From Chloroflexota bacterium (GTDB taxonomy: Bacteria > Chloroflexota > Dehalococcoidia > Lucifugimonadales > Australimonadaceae): a DNA stretch of 64,000 bases. The translations under genes and the position numbers were made by a program. This document shows, one piece after another, positions 33,863 to 44,083 of this stretch; the first letter of the stretch is position 1; the number at the start of each line of letters is the position of its first letter. The notes beneath the pieces are model-generated. The model saw only the letters and a list, made by a program, of their open reading frames with translations. It searched no databases and was not told where the DNA came from. The stretch spans positions 17,029-81,028 of the forward strand of contig JAQCEV010000002.1 in NCBI GenBank assembly GCA_027618515.1, given 5' to 3'.

Positions 33863-35156
33863 AGCCTAATCGGCTGAATGTTCGTCCGACGTGTCGTAGG
33901 TAGTAACCGTAATCGAACAACCCTGCGACCTCGTCGGCACCGAGCCGTGACGTCACGTCGGGGTCTGATTTTACTGACTCTCGGAAATCTTCGTTCTTGT
34001 CCCAGGCGGCCAACGCGTGGCGCTGCACTAGTTCGTACGCTGAGGTGCGGTCTAGTCCACTCTCCACGAGAGCCAGAAGCACCCGCTCGGAGAAGACTAT
34101 TCCCTTGGTGAGTTCCAGGTTGCGCATCATGTTCTCAGGGAACACGAGCATGCCCTCGACGACCCGGGTGAACGTATCGAGGATGTAGTCGATGGCGAGG
34201 GCGGAGTCCGGGAGGATCATGCGCTCTGCGGAGGAATGCGAGATGTCGCGCTCGTGCCAGAGCGGCACGTTGTCGAGCGCAGTCTGGCTGTGCCCGCGGA
34301 CGAGTCGGGCGAGACCGCAGATACGTTCGGAGAGCTCAGGGTTGCGCTTGTGGGGCATCGACGATGAGCCTGTGCTCACGAACCCGGGAGTGCCGAATGG
34401 CTCCTCCACCTCGCGTACCTCTGTGCGCTGGAGGGCGCGGACCTCGGTCGCGAACTTCTCGAGCGATGCGCCGATCAGCGCGAGGGTCTGTACGAACTGC
34501 GCGTGGCGGTCGCGTTGCAGTATCTGGTTGGACACGGGAGCGGGGTCTAGGCCAACTTGCTCGCAAACGGACTCTTCGATGTCCGGAGGGATGCTGGCGT
34601 AGCTGCCCACGGGCCCCGAGATCTTGCCAACGGACACCATCTCACGGGTGAGGGCCAAGCGCTTCTTGTGACGGCGCATCTCGTCCCACCAAAGTGCTAG
34701 CTTGAGGCCGAAGGCCATCGGCTCGGCGTGGATCCCGTGGGAGCGTCCGATGCAGGGGGTCGCAGAGAGTTCCTCAGCTCGGATCTTGAGAACGCCCATG
34801 CAACGGTCGATTCCGGCGTCGATCTCGTCGACGGCCTGCACGAGCTGGAGGCTAAGGGCGGTGTCTTTGACGTCGTTGGACGTCAGACCGTGGTGGATCC
34901 AGCGCCCCTCAGCACCAAGGCTAGGCGTGACGGAGCGCGTGAAGGAGACGACATCGTGGCGAGTCTCCTCAAACCACTTGTCGTAGAGGACACGGTCGAA
35001 CTTGGCGTTGCGGATCTTGTCGGCGTCCTCTTGCGGAACGACACCGAGTTCAGCCCAGGCGACGCTAGCGGCGATCTCAATCTTGAGCCAAAGGTCAAAC
35101 ATGTTGTCCTCTGACCAGATTTCTTTCATACGCTTGCGCTCGTAGCGGTAATACAT
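33828..35156 (-). CDS. purB: Adenylosuccinate lyase
   Basis: 442 aa with the fumarate-lyase family signature GSSSMPHKRNP and the N-terminus YRYERKRMKEIWSE...F..WL.IE. Confidence 0.9.
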   Translation of the reverse strand: MYYRYERKRMKEIWSEDNMFDLWLKIEIAASVAWAELGVVPQEDADKIRNAKFDRVLYDKWFEETRHDVVSFTRSVTPSLGAEGRWIHHGLTSNDVKDTALSLQLVQAVDEIDAGIDRCMGVLKIRAEELSATPCIGRSHGIHAEPMAFGLKLALWWDEMRRHKKRLALTREMVSVGKISGPVGSYASIPPDIEESVCEQVGLDPAPVSNQILQRDRHAQFVQTLALIGASLEKFATEVRALQRTEVREVEEPFGTPGFVSTGSSSMPHKRNPELSERICGLARLVRGHSQTALDNVPLWHERDISHSSAERMILPDSALAIDYILDTFTRVVEGMLVFPENMMRNLELTKGIVFSERVLLALVESGLDRTSAYELVQRHALAAWDKNEDFRESVKSDPDVTSRLGADEVAGLFDYGYYLRHVGRTFSRLGFASKEYAGATA

Positions 35157-35363
35157 CAGGAATTCTCCCTGTCTTGCTGCTCCGAATAGTCAGGCAAAAC
35201 CGTGAAGCCGATCTGCCGCGGTCAGTGATCGCTTGGGGAACGCACTGAACAGCAGCGTCGCACGAGTGCGATCTGCTGAAGTTCCGTCGAAATCACAAAG
35301 AATGACCATTCGGTCGTGGGCCCGGCTCTGGCGACTGATTTGGGGTGGCGTCGGTGAACCGAT

Positions 35364-35822
35364 TCAACGGTCACGCAACCGCTGTCGGTACTCCTCAACA
35401 GCCTGTCGAATCTTAGCATATTTGATGCCCAAAATCTGAGCCGCGAGGAGGGCTGAATTGCGGGCTCCCCAGGCGCCAAGCGCGACCGTTGCGACCGGGA
35501 TGCCAGGGGGCATCATGACGATCGAATGCAGCGCGTCAACGCCATTCAGATCGCTGGAGGTCAGCGGCACGCCGATGACGGGAAGCGTAGTGTGCGACGC
35601 GACAACACCAGGAAGGGCAGCGGCGCCTCCGGCGGCGGCGATGATCACTTCGATGCCACGAGCTTCGGCGCCAAGCACCCAAGCGCGAACCTTGTCCGGG
35701 TCGCGGTGTGCGGATGCGGCGACGAGTTCGGCTTCTACCCCGAGGTCTGTGAGTGTCTTCAGCGTGTCTTCCATGACCGGTTGGTCGCTGGTGCTGCCGA
35801 CGATGATTCCTACCTGTGGCAC
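35364..35822 (-). CDS. purE: N5-carboxyaminoimidazole ribonucleotide mutase
   Basis: It carries VGIIVGSTSD..VM, SAHR.PD and IIAAAGGAAALPGVVAS.T.LPVIGVP motifs. Confidence 0.9.
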   Translation of the reverse strand: MPQVGIIVGSTSDQPVMEDTLKTLTDLGVEAELVAASAHRDPDKVRAWVLGAEARGIEVIIAAAGGAAALPGVVASHTTLPVIGVPLTSSDLNGVDALHSIVMMPPGIPVATVALGAWGARNSALLAAQILGIKYAKIRQAVEEYRQRLRDR

Positions 35823-35973
35823 GGTCTTTTGCTCCTGATGATGATGGTGAACCGCTTACAGTAAGCAGGCGCAAGCGGGAACAAGTTTAGAAGGTCAGTA
35901 TGAGGGTATTGGTTGGCGAGAGCATGAGTCAACAAGGTGCGAGCAGTGGTGCACTGCGCGTTAGAATCTCGCC

Positions 35974-36930
35974 ATGGCCATCAATCTCCATGTCGGCGCT
36001 CCAGCGAGCGCCTCGATCGAACGGCAGGTCGCATTCATCGCCCGCGCTGAAACGCTGGGGTTCAGCGGCGCTGGCGTGGCTGATGATGCTCGGTTCGTGG
36101 ATCCGTTCGAGACGCTAACGGCCGCCGCGAGCGAAACCTCCCGGATCTGGCTGTACCCCGCAGTGACCAACCCTGTGACGCGGTCTGCCGCAGCGCAAGC
36201 GAAATCTATCCAGGCGCTGAGCGAGGTTGCACCGGGGCGCGTGAAGTTGGCCATCGGCGCTGGCGACGCGGCTCTAGCCACCGGGACGCGCCCTTCGAAG
36301 CTACGCGATCTGAAGAAGGCAGTCGTCGACATCCGCGAGATACTTGGGGAGGGATCGATCGCGCTGTTCGATCGGGTGCCAGTGGGAACCCCCAGCGAAC
36401 TGCTGCCCCCGCCAGTCATGATGGCCGCAAGCGGCCCGCGGACTCTGGAGGCAGCGGGAGCTGTCGCCGACGAAGTGTTGGTAACGTCCGGGCTATCGCT
36501 TGAGGCACGCGAGGCGGTGACGGAGGCGATAGCTGAGGGCGCGATACAGGCACGCAGACGCGTCCGACAGGTGCCCATCCCGTACTACACGCTCGTCTCG
36601 GTTCACGAAGACCGAGAAACTGCAATCGAGCGGGCGAGGCCGTGGATCCATTTCTGGCTGAAGCAACGCATGTTCCGGCTTAGCATGAGAGCAATGGGTA
36701 TTCCAGCCCCGGCATTCCCCACGCCGGAAAGTATCCCTACGCAGTTCATGCGACGCCTGGCAAACACTCTCGTGCTTGCAGGCACGCCGCACGAGGTCGC
36801 GGCGAAGGTGGCGCGCCTCGATGAAGACGGCGTAAGCACATTGTTCTGCATGCTGCCTGGCGGGCCCAAGATGCACGAGGAGAGCTTGGGGCTGATAGCG
36901 GACCACCTGCTGCCGGTAGGGCAACGGTAG
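35974..36930 (+). CDS. LLM-class (luciferase-like) F420/flavin-dependent oxidoreductase
   Basis: 318 aa. ...AETLGFSGAGVADD....DPF..L.AAA..TSRI.L..AVTNP.TR..A..A..I..L.E.APGR..LAIGAGD is the typical LLM/F420-dependent pattern. Confidence 0.7.
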   Translation: MAINLHVGAPASASIERQVAFIARAETLGFSGAGVADDARFVDPFETLTAAASETSRIWLYPAVTNPVTRSAAAQAKSIQALSEVAPGRVKLAIGAGDAALATGTRPSKLRDLKKAVVDIREILGEGSIALFDRVPVGTPSELLPPPVMMAASGPRTLEAAGAVADEVLVTSGLSLEAREAVTEAIAEGAIQARRRVRQVPIPYYTLVSVHEDRETAIERARPWIHFWLKQRMFRLSMRAMGIPAPAFPTPESIPTQFMRRLANTLVLAGTPHEVAAKVARLDEDGVSTLFCMLPGGPKMHEESLGLIADHLLPVGQR

Positions 36931-36949
36931 ATCGGATGCGCGTATCGTC

Positions 36950-36982
36950 GCATCACATAGGCATCACATAGGCATCACATAG
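36950..36982. repeat. Three perfect tandem copies of the 11-mer GCATCACATAG in the LLM/egtB intergenic region
   Basis: Read directly: GCATCACATAG GCATCACATAG GCATCACATAG at 36950-36982. It starts 20 nt after the stop at 36930 and ends ~94 nt upstream of the egtB ATG. Confidence 0.95.
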
Positions 36983-37075
36983 GGGGTGGCGATTCAGATT
37001 GAGATTTCAATTGAACTGGGAGCCACCGCAAGCATAAGCTGACGCTGGCCCGACCGACGCTCACCTAGGAGACTC

Positions 37076-38366
37076 ATGAGCACAACGCACAGCAACGCCT
37101 CCGATGTCGCATCCATGGTGGAGACCTACACCGCGACTCGCAAGGCTTCTGAAGAGTTCGCAGCGCCTCTGGCCATCGAAGATTACATGCTTCAGGCCAT
37201 GGACGATGTGAGCCCTACCAAGTGGCACCTAGCCCACGTCTCATGGTTCTTCGAGACGTTCTTGCTCAAGCCCTACCTGGGTGGCTACAAGCCCATCGAG
37301 GAACGGTACGAGTACCTGTTCAACTCCTACTACAACACCGTTGGTCCCCAGTACCACCGGCCATCACGCGGGCTGATCTCGCGGCCGACGGTGGCGGAGG
37401 TCTACGCGTACCGGAAGCACGTTGACGACAACATGCTCGCGCTGTTCGAACAAGCGAGCCCGAGCTTGGCGGCCGAAATCGCGCCGCTGGTTCGACTGGG
37501 CGTGAATCACGAGCAGCAGCACCAAGAGCTGATGGTGACCGACCTGAAGTACAACCTGGCGATCAACCCCTTCAAGCCTGCGTACCATGACCGTGAGATC
37601 CCCCGAGGCGTTGCTACCCCTCCCCTGGGGTGGGTCGAACATCCGGGCGGGATCGTCCAAACGGGGTGGGAGGGCGATAGCTTCGCTTTCGACCACGAGT
37701 CGCCTCGGCACGACACGCTGCTGCACCCCCACCGCATCGCGTCGAGGCTGGTCACCAACGGCGAGTACCTCGCGTTCATCGCGGACGGCGGGTACGAGCG
37801 ATACGAACTCTGGTTGTCACAAGGGTGGGCGAAGCTCAACGGTGAGGGCTGGAAAGCACCACTCTACTGGGAGCAGATCGATGGTGCGTGGTGGCACTAC
37901 ACGCTGTCAGGCATGCAGAAGGTGGATGAGCACGCGCCAGTGGTTCACGTGAGTTACTTTGAGGCGGACGCCTTCGCAGGTTGGGCAGGCAAACGACTTC
38001 CTTCAGAGGACGAATGGGAGCACCACGCGGAGAAGCTAGCGATAGAGGGCAACTTCGCTGACGATCGCCTGTTCCACCCAGTCCCGCTAGACACAGGGAG
38101 TGGACTACCTGCGGGCGAACTCTCGCAGATGTATGGCGACGTGTGGGAGTGGACGGGTTCAGCGTTCCTGCCTTACCACGGATTCACGCCTCTGGAAGGC
38201 GGCCCGGGGGAATACAACGGCAAGTTCATGATGAGCCAGATGGTGCTTCGGGGGCGGATCCGTAGCCACACCCCAGAATCACATGCGCTCAACCTACCGC
38301 AACTTCTTCTACCCGCCTGACCGCTGGCAGTTCAAAGGATTCCGCCTGGCGGAAGATCTTCGCTAG
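37076..38366 (+). pseudogene. egtB: Ergothioneine biosynthesis sulfoxide synthase EgtB (DinB_2 + FGE-sulfatase domains) with an apparent +1 frameshift near the 3' end
   Basis: The DinB-like N-terminus has PTKWHLAHVSWFFETF and VNHEQQHQEL. The annotated ORF ends at 38320 with the non-conserved tail [23 protein letters not shown]. After the G5 run at 38250-38254 the next frame reads [37 protein letters not shown], the conserved EgtB C-terminus, with its stop at 38364-38366. Confidence 0.8.
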
Positions 38367-39622
38367 ACGTCGAAGTTGGCGATGTCGGTGCGGTGCTGGG
38401 CGCCTTCGAACGCGATGGCGTCCGCCGCTTGGTAGGCGAGGGTACGCGCCTCAGCGATGGTGGCCGCATGGCCGACGGCAGCGAGCACTCGACCGCCACT
38501 GGTGACGGTCTGACCGTCCAGTTCGGCGGTTGCCGCATGAAACACGATGGTGGATTCAGGACCGTCGGCAAGGCCTGTGATGGGCTTGCCGGTGGCGTAC
38601 ACGCTTGGGTAACCCGCAGACGCGAGCACGACCGCTACGGTGGCCTCGGCTGACCAGCGTAGGTCGAGTTCGGCGACGTGCCCATCGATGACGGCATCGA
38701 TGACGTCCAGTAGGTCATTTTCCATGCGAGGCATGATGAGTTGGCACTCGGGATCGCCGAAGCGTGAGTTGAACTCCACGAGCGATGGGCCTTCATCGGT
38801 TAGCATCAAGCCACCGTAGAGGACTCCCTCAAACGGCGTACCTTCAGCCGCGAGTTGGCGGATGACCGGCTCGATCAAGAGTTCACGCACCTCTTGCTCC
38901 ATAGCGTCGTCCCACCAGGGCGGTGGGCTGTAGCCGCCCATGCCTCCGGTGTTCGGGCCCTTGTCGCCGTCATAGATGCGCTTGTAATCGCAAGCTGCGA
39001 CCAATGGAGTGAGGGATTTGCCGTCGGTGAACGTGAACACGCTGACTTCTTGCCCCTCCATCAACTCTTCGATCACCACTTCCACGCCAGCATCACCGTA
39101 CGCCCTGTTCAGCATGATGTTGTCGAGAGCGGAGAGAGCGATGGCCACCGTCTGCGCGACCACGACGCCTTTACCCGCAGCCAGGCCCTCTGCCTTGATC
39201 ACGATCGGGGCGCCATGCTCACGGACGTACTCGGTGGCCTCTTCGTGATCGGAGAACACCTCGAAGTGTGCCGTGGGAGCGCCAGCCGAATCCATGATCC
39301 GCTTGGAGAAGGATTTGGACCACTCGATGCGCGCTGCGGCTTTGGTTGGCCCGAAGACGCGGATGCCTGCTTCACGGCATGCGTCCACCATCCCTGCCGC
39401 GAGGGGCGCTTCAGGGCCGACAACAACGAGGTCGATGGAATTCGAACGGGCAGCCGTGATCACGCCTTCAACATCCTCAGCGGCAACGTCGAGGCACGTG
39501 GCGAGTTGAGCTATCCCGGCGTTGCCGGGAGCAGCGAACAATTCAGGAGCGCGAGGGGACTGCGCCAGTTTCCAAACCAGCGCATGCTCGCGCGCTCCGC
39601 TCCCGACTACTAGGACTCGCAC
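38363..39622 (-). CDS. purD: Phosphoribosylamine--glycine ligase
   Basis: 419 aa. It begins [23 protein letters not shown], shows the ATP-grasp pattern, and ends ...GGRVLAVVG.... Its stop shares the CTAG with the restored egtB stop (convergent overlap). Confidence 0.9.
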   Translation of the reverse strand: MRVLVVGSGAREHALVWKLAQSPRAPELFAAPGNAGIAQLATCLDVAAEDVEGVITAARSNSIDLVVVGPEAPLAAGMVDACREAGIRVFGPTKAAARIEWSKSFSKRIMDSAGAPTAHFEVFSDHEEATEYVREHGAPIVIKAEGLAAGKGVVVAQTVAIALSALDNIMLNRAYGDAGVEVVIEELMEGQEVSVFTFTDGKSLTPLVAACDYKRIYDGDKGPNTGGMGGYSPPPWWDDAMEQEVRELLIEPVIRQLAAEGTPFEGVLYGGLMLTDEGPSLVEFNSRFGDPECQLIMPRMENDLLDVIDAVIDGHVAELDLRWSAEATVAVVLASAGYPSVYATGKPITGLADGPESTIVFHAATAELDGQTVTSGGRVLAAVGHAATIAEARTLAYQAADAIAFEGAQHRTDIANFDV

Positions 39623-39626
39623 GTGT

Positions 39627-41321
39627 TTACTCCCACTCTATGGTGCCTGGCGGCTTGCTCGTGATGTCGTACACCACGCGGTTGATGGCGGGGACTTCGT
39701 TGACGATGCGGCTCGATATGCGGGCCAGGGTATCGTAGGGCAGGCGAGCCCAGTCAGCGGTCATCGCGTCTTCGCTGGTCACGGCGCGGAGGGCAACAAC
39801 GTGCTGGTACGTACGCTGGTCCCCCATGACGCCGACAGTCTGCGTATTTGTCAGCACCGCGAAGCTCTGCCATAGATTGTCATACAGGCCATCAGCCTTG
39901 ATCTCGTCCATGACTATCCAGTCGGCGGCGCGGAGCGTCTCCAGCTTGTCCCAGGTGATATCGCCGATCACGCGGATGGCGAGGCCTGGTCCGGGGAAGG
40001 GCTGGCGATTCAGGATCTGGGGGGGAAGGCCCAACTCTGCCCCTGCGAGACGAACCTCGTCCTTGAAGAGGTAGCGTAGCGGCTCAACCAGCTTCATGCG
40101 CATCCGCTCGGGCAAGCCACCAACGTTGTGGTGGGTCTTGATCTTGTGGGCGGCCGTGCTCTCACTCGTCTGGCTCTCGATAACGTCGGGGTACAGCGTG
40201 CCTTGGGCGAGGAAGTCGACCTCTCCCATGGCACCAGCCTCAATTTCGAAAACGTTGATGAATTCGTTGCCGATGATCTTCCGCTTCTGCTCTGGGTCAG
40301 TGACGCCCGCCAAGGCAGTCATGAAGCGCTCGGTGGCGTCGACGTATATCAGTTTGAGGCCGAGATTCTGCTCGAAGACCTCACGTACGCGTTCCGGCTC
40401 TTCACGACGCAGCAGCCCATTGTTCACAAAGATGCAGGTGAGCTGGTCGCCGATGGCCTCGTGAACCAGCTTGGCGGTGACGGCTGAGTCGACACCACCG
40501 GACAGCGCGCAGATGACTTTGCCTGTACCCACTTGCTCGCGGATTCGCGCTATGGACTCAGAGACGAAGTTGTTGGGCGTCCAAGAGCCGTTCAGCCCGC
40601 AGACCTTGTACGCGAAGTTGCGGAGCATCTCTACGCCCTGGGGGGTGTGCGCGACCTCCGGGTGGAACTGAATGCCGTATATCCCGTCGTCATTGGCCAT
40701 CGCGGCAATAGGGGAATTCTCACTGAACGCGATGGCCCGGAAACCCTGAGGCATCACGTCGATCCGATCGCCATGGCTCATCCAAACGGGTAGCTCGTCC
40801 TCTAGGCCATCCAGCAAAACCGACTGGTCGTTCCGGTGCAGCACGGCGAACCCGTACTCCCGCTCAGCCGCCTGGGCGACGTGGCCGCCAAGCTGGTGAG
40901 CGATGAGCTGCATGCCGTAGCAGATGCCCAGGACTGGCACCCCTGCATCGAAAACCCAAGCGGGGGCCGTCGGCGCGCCTTCTTCATACACGCTGGAAGG
41001 GCCACCAGACAGAATGATGCCTGCCAGGTTCATGTCACGAACGGCATCGCGAGTCGCGTCTGGCGGCACGATCTCGCAGTAGACGTTCAGTTCGCGGACT
41101 CGCCGGGCGATCAGCCGACTGTACTGTGAACCGAAGTCGATGATGGCGATGGCGTCACGTTTGGGTGGGACATCTGAGTCAACGGTCGCTTGGCCAGCCG
41201 TGCCAGCGGTGCGCCGAACCTCTTCGCTGGCGATCTCAAGGTACGTAGAAACCTCGACGTCGCCTGTCGTCGACACTCGGTGGGTCGGATCGGCGGGCGT
41301 CGTTTCCTGTTCATCGGGCAT
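39627..41321 (-). CDS. guaA: GMP synthase (glutamine-hydrolysing), fused GATase + ATP-PPase
   Basis: It carries [31 protein letters not shown] and C-terminal ...KPPGTIEWE motifs. As called it has a ~55-aa N-terminal extension before the GATase domain, so the start is uncertain. Confidence 0.9.
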   Translation of the reverse strand: MPDEQETTPADPTHRVSTTGDVEVSTYLEIASEEVRRTAGTAGQATVDSDVPPKRDAIAIIDFGSQYSRLIARRVRELNVYCEIVPPDATRDAVRDMNLAGIILSGGPSSVYEEGAPTAPAWVFDAGVPVLGICYGMQLIAHQLGGHVAQAAEREYGFAVLHRNDQSVLLDGLEDELPVWMSHGDRIDVMPQGFRAIAFSENSPIAAMANDDGIYGIQFHPEVAHTPQGVEMLRNFAYKVCGLNGSWTPNNFVSESIARIREQVGTGKVICALSGGVDSAVTAKLVHEAIGDQLTCIFVNNGLLRREEPERVREVFEQNLGLKLIYVDATERFMTALAGVTDPEQKRKIIGNEFINVFEIEAGAMGEVDFLAQGTLYPDVIESQTSESTAAHKIKTHHNVGGLPERMRMKLVEPLRYLFKDEVRLAGAELGLPPQILNRQPFPGPGLAIRVIGDITWDKLETLRAADWIVMDEIKADGLYDNLWQSFAVLTNTQTVGVMGDQRTYQHVVALRAVTSEDAMTADWARLPYDTLARISSRIVNEVPAINRVVYDITSKPPGTIEWE

Positions 41322-41374
41322 CGTTCATCCTCTTGATTGGGGTCGCCGGAGTGTAGCCCAGCGAGGGACGCCTC

Positions 41375-42238
41375 TCAAGCAGCAGTATTCGCCTCGACTG
41401 TATTCAGGAAGTCCAGGACCACCTGGTTGAACGCAGACGAGTCCTCGAAGTGAGGCCAATGACCCGCGCCAGCAAATACGTGCAGCTCAGCATGCGGCAG
41501 AGTGGCCACAGCGCGTTCAGGATGAGATGCCGGAAAGAGAGGGTCACGCTCGCCTGCAGTAACCAGTGACGGAATTTCGATCTTTGCCAAGCCCTCAAGG
41601 AACATCACCGAGCCTTTCACGCCCCGTAACGACACTCCTGCACGTAGCGCGGCCAGCATCTGCTTAGTTACACCTGGTTGGAGGCTGGCCTCGTAAAGAG
41701 CCTGAACGAGGTCTTCGGGGATGTCGTCGTTCTTGATCAAGAGCTTGAGCATGGAGCGAACGCGTCGCTCCGTTGGTCTGAAAAAGAATTCGCCGACTCC
41801 TGGCAGAGTTAGTAGGCGTTGCGACCACGCGATCTCCCGACCGAGCCCCGCGCTCCCCACGAACGTGAGCGAGCGTACGCGGCTTGGATGTGCGATCGCG
41901 AAGTGGCCAGCGATCAGCCCACCGAGCGAGTTCCCGGCCACATGCGCCGCCTCTAGCCCGACGGCGTCCATGAACGCGCTCAGGAAACGCACACCTTCCG
42001 CAGGTGTGGTTCGATTCGATCGTCCGGTGCCTTGAGGGCTCCACAGGTCAGGCGCAAAGACCGGGCGTGACTGGGCCAACGCTTCCATGTTGCGGGTCCA
42101 AACGATCGATGACCCCCCAAGTCCGTGAAGCAGCACGACAGGAGTTTGCGATCCGGATGGGTGAGAAGCAGCGTACCGGTAGGAAACCAAGCCCTGCGTG
42201 GTCTGAACGGTGCGTGGCTCTGCGGGCGTGAATGCCAT
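41375..42238 (-). CDS. Alpha/beta-fold hydrolase (meta-cleavage-product hydrolase-like)
   Basis: ORF trimmed to the ATG at 42238. It carries VVLLHGLGGS, the nucleophile elbow GNSLGG, and a C-terminal ...GHWPHFE histidine motif. Confidence 0.75.
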   Translation of the reverse strand: MAFTPAEPRTVQTTQGLVSYRYAASHPSGSQTPVVLLHGLGGSSIVWTRNMEALAQSRPVFAPDLWSPQGTGRSNRTTPAEGVRFLSAFMDAVGLEAAHVAGNSLGGLIAGHFAIAHPSRVRSLTFVGSAGLGREIAWSQRLLTLPGVGEFFFRPTERRVRSMLKLLIKNDDIPEDLVQALYEASLQPGVTKQMLAALRAGVSLRGVKGSVMFLEGLAKIEIPSLVTAGERDPLFPASHPERAVATLPHAELHVFAGAGHWPHFEDSSAFNQVVLDFLNTVEANTAA

Positions 42239-42349
42239 GGAGTGATTGTACGGGTGAACACGGGCCCAATGCAGGGGTGCTGAAGGGGCCAGTGCTATAC
42301 TTCGCGAACCGTATTCCGCTCTCAAATCTGCCGCTAGATCGGCTTTATC

Positions 42350-43012
42350 ATGCCGCTCGTAACTGATAATCTCAACAACCGCTCTATCGCCTCGATCCTT
42401 CTGCGCGAGAGCGGCGTGATCGCGTACCCAACCGACACGCTATACGGGCTGGGCGCGATCGTGTTCAACCGCAGCGCGGTATCAACCGTATTCGTCATCA
42501 AGGGCAGGCAACGCGACCAAGGACTTCCGGTGCTCGTCGCGTCTGAGAGTCAATTGCGTGAGGTCGCCGCCGACGTCTCCGATGAGGCGATGGCGTTAGC
42601 CAAGAAGTTCTGGCCAGGTGCGCTCACGTTGGTCATGAAGCGCCATCCCGATCTGCCATTGAACGTTACGGGCGGCGGCGACACCGTCGCCGTGCGGTTG
42701 CCAGACCACCCATGCCCACAATCCTTAATCTCCGCGTGCGGATCACCCATCACGGGTACCAGCGCCAACAAGCACGGTGGCCTCGATCCCACCAGCGCAG
42801 CCGAGGTCCAGCGCCAACTTGGCAGCAGGCTCAGCCTTGTGCTGGATGGCGGCCCATCGCCGTTGGGCGTGGCATCAACCGTCATCGATGTCACGATGTC
42901 GCTGCCGCGCGTCCTGCGTCAAGGCGCAATCAGCATCGAAGAGCTGCGTACCGTATGCCCGATCGCGGAACCCGACCCGATGCCCACCAGCCCCGAATCG
43001 AGAGGTAGCTAA
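42350..43012 (+). CDS. tsaC: L-threonylcarbamoyladenylate synthase (YrdC/TsaC/Sua5 N-domain type)
   Basis: It carries YPTDTLYGLGA, KGR.RDQGLPVLV, FWPGALTLV, VAVRLPDHP and PITGTSAN motifs. Confidence 0.8.
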   Translation: MPLVTDNLNNRSIASILLRESGVIAYPTDTLYGLGAIVFNRSAVSTVFVIKGRQRDQGLPVLVASESQLREVAADVSDEAMALAKKFWPGALTLVMKRHPDLPLNVTGGGDTVAVRLPDHPCPQSLISACGSPITGTSANKHGGLDPTSAAEVQRQLGSRLSLVLDGGPSPLGVASTVIDVTMSLPRVLRQGAISIEELRTVCPIAEPDPMPTSPESRGS

Positions 43013-43017
43013 CGACA

Positions 43018-44052
43018 ATGGCCGACGTTTGGGATCCGATAACGCCTCTGATTGAGCGTCGCGCTCCGGTGGAGGAAGCTCTCCGAGAGCACGTCGAGCG
43101 CGCGTCAGTGAGTGGTTTGCCGCTCTACCGGATGATGCAGTACCAACTTGGCTGGGTTGACCGCGACGGCCTCGATGTACCGCATGAACCGCCGCAACGC
43201 ACGCTTGGCAGCCTTTGCGTAGAGGCCGCGTCGCTGTCAGCATCCGCTCCTTCCGACGCAGCTTACGCAGGTGCGGCCATCGAGCTGTTCAGCGAGTCGG
43301 TGGAAGTCCACGAGCAGATGCAAACAGGTGAGGCGGGAAGTGACGAACTCCCTGCGGTGTGGTGGGTTTGGGGCCCTGCGCAGGCGATCAACGTGGGCGA
43401 CGGATTGCACGCTCTCGCCAGATTGGCGCTGCTGCAACTCCAGGAGAAGGGGCAATCCCCCGAATCCACGCTTGCGACCATGAGCGTTCTGGATGATCTG
43501 GCACTGAAATACTACGAGGGCCAGTACATCGAACTGACCTACCAGGAGCGCGTGGACATAACCACCGCTCAATACTCGACCATGGTTCGCTCGAAGCGGG
43601 GTGCGCTGTTGGGCGGCACGCTAGCCCTAGGTGCGCGTGTTGCCGGGATCGACGACTCGACCGTCAAGTCGCTCTGGGACCTAGGTGCGAGTGTCGGAGA
43701 AGCGGCCCAGGTGCGCGCGGACGTAGCGACGCTCTGGGATAGAAGCGCGAAACCTGAGGGTAGGGTGCTCAACAAGAGCAAGCTGCATCCCGTGGTGCAG
43801 GTGCTGGAGTCGGGGACATTAGCCCAGAAGCGCGAGATCGGCGGCATCTATTTCAAGCGTGTCATGGAAGCGGCTGATGTCGAGCACCTTGCCGACGTAC
43901 TTGCGAACGCAGGTGCCCGCGAGCGGTCCGAGGAGCGCATAACGGAGTTGATGGCTGAGGTGGAAGGCAAGATCGAACTGATCTCTGCCTCGCCCGAAGC
44001 GAGAGATCGTTGGACCGAGGTAGTGGAAGGGCTTATCAACAGCCAGCGCTAG
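43018..44052 (+). CDS. Polyprenyl synthetase-fold protein lacking both Asp-rich motifs
   Basis: It has the trans-isoprenyl diphosphate synthase layout (AAIELFSES.EVH......WG...AINVGDGLHALA; GQYIEL......T..QY..MVRSKRGALLGG.LALGA). The first DDxxD is HEQMQ and the second is RADVA. Confidence 0.6.
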   Translation: MADVWDPITPLIERRAPVEEALREHVERASVSGLPLYRMMQYQLGWVDRDGLDVPHEPPQRTLGSLCVEAASLSASAPSDAAYAGAAIELFSESVEVHEQMQTGEAGSDELPAVWWVWGPAQAINVGDGLHALARLALLQLQEKGQSPESTLATMSVLDDLALKYYEGQYIELTYQERVDITTAQYSTMVRSKRGALLGGTLALGARVAGIDDSTVKSLWDLGASVGEAAQVRADVATLWDRSAKPEGRVLNKSKLHPVVQVLESGTLAQKREIGGIYFKRVMEAADVEHLADVLANAGARERSEERITELMAEVEGKIELISASPEARDRWTEVVEGLINSQR

Positions 44053-44083
44053 GCACACCCGAGAATAGCTGATAGAGGACACC

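Noticed and set aside
35157-35363. The 207-bp gap between purE and purB considered as a purine or ZTP riboswitch
   Set aside because: On the minus strand I could not find the conserved cores I remember. These are the purine riboswitch junction motifs and the ZTP GGGTCGTGACTGGCG...CCGCCTGGGC pattern. An Rfam scan would be needed to be sure.
38855-39613. A 252-aa plus-strand ORF antisense to purD
   Set aside because: It is a shadow ORF opposite a clear ATP-grasp PurD.
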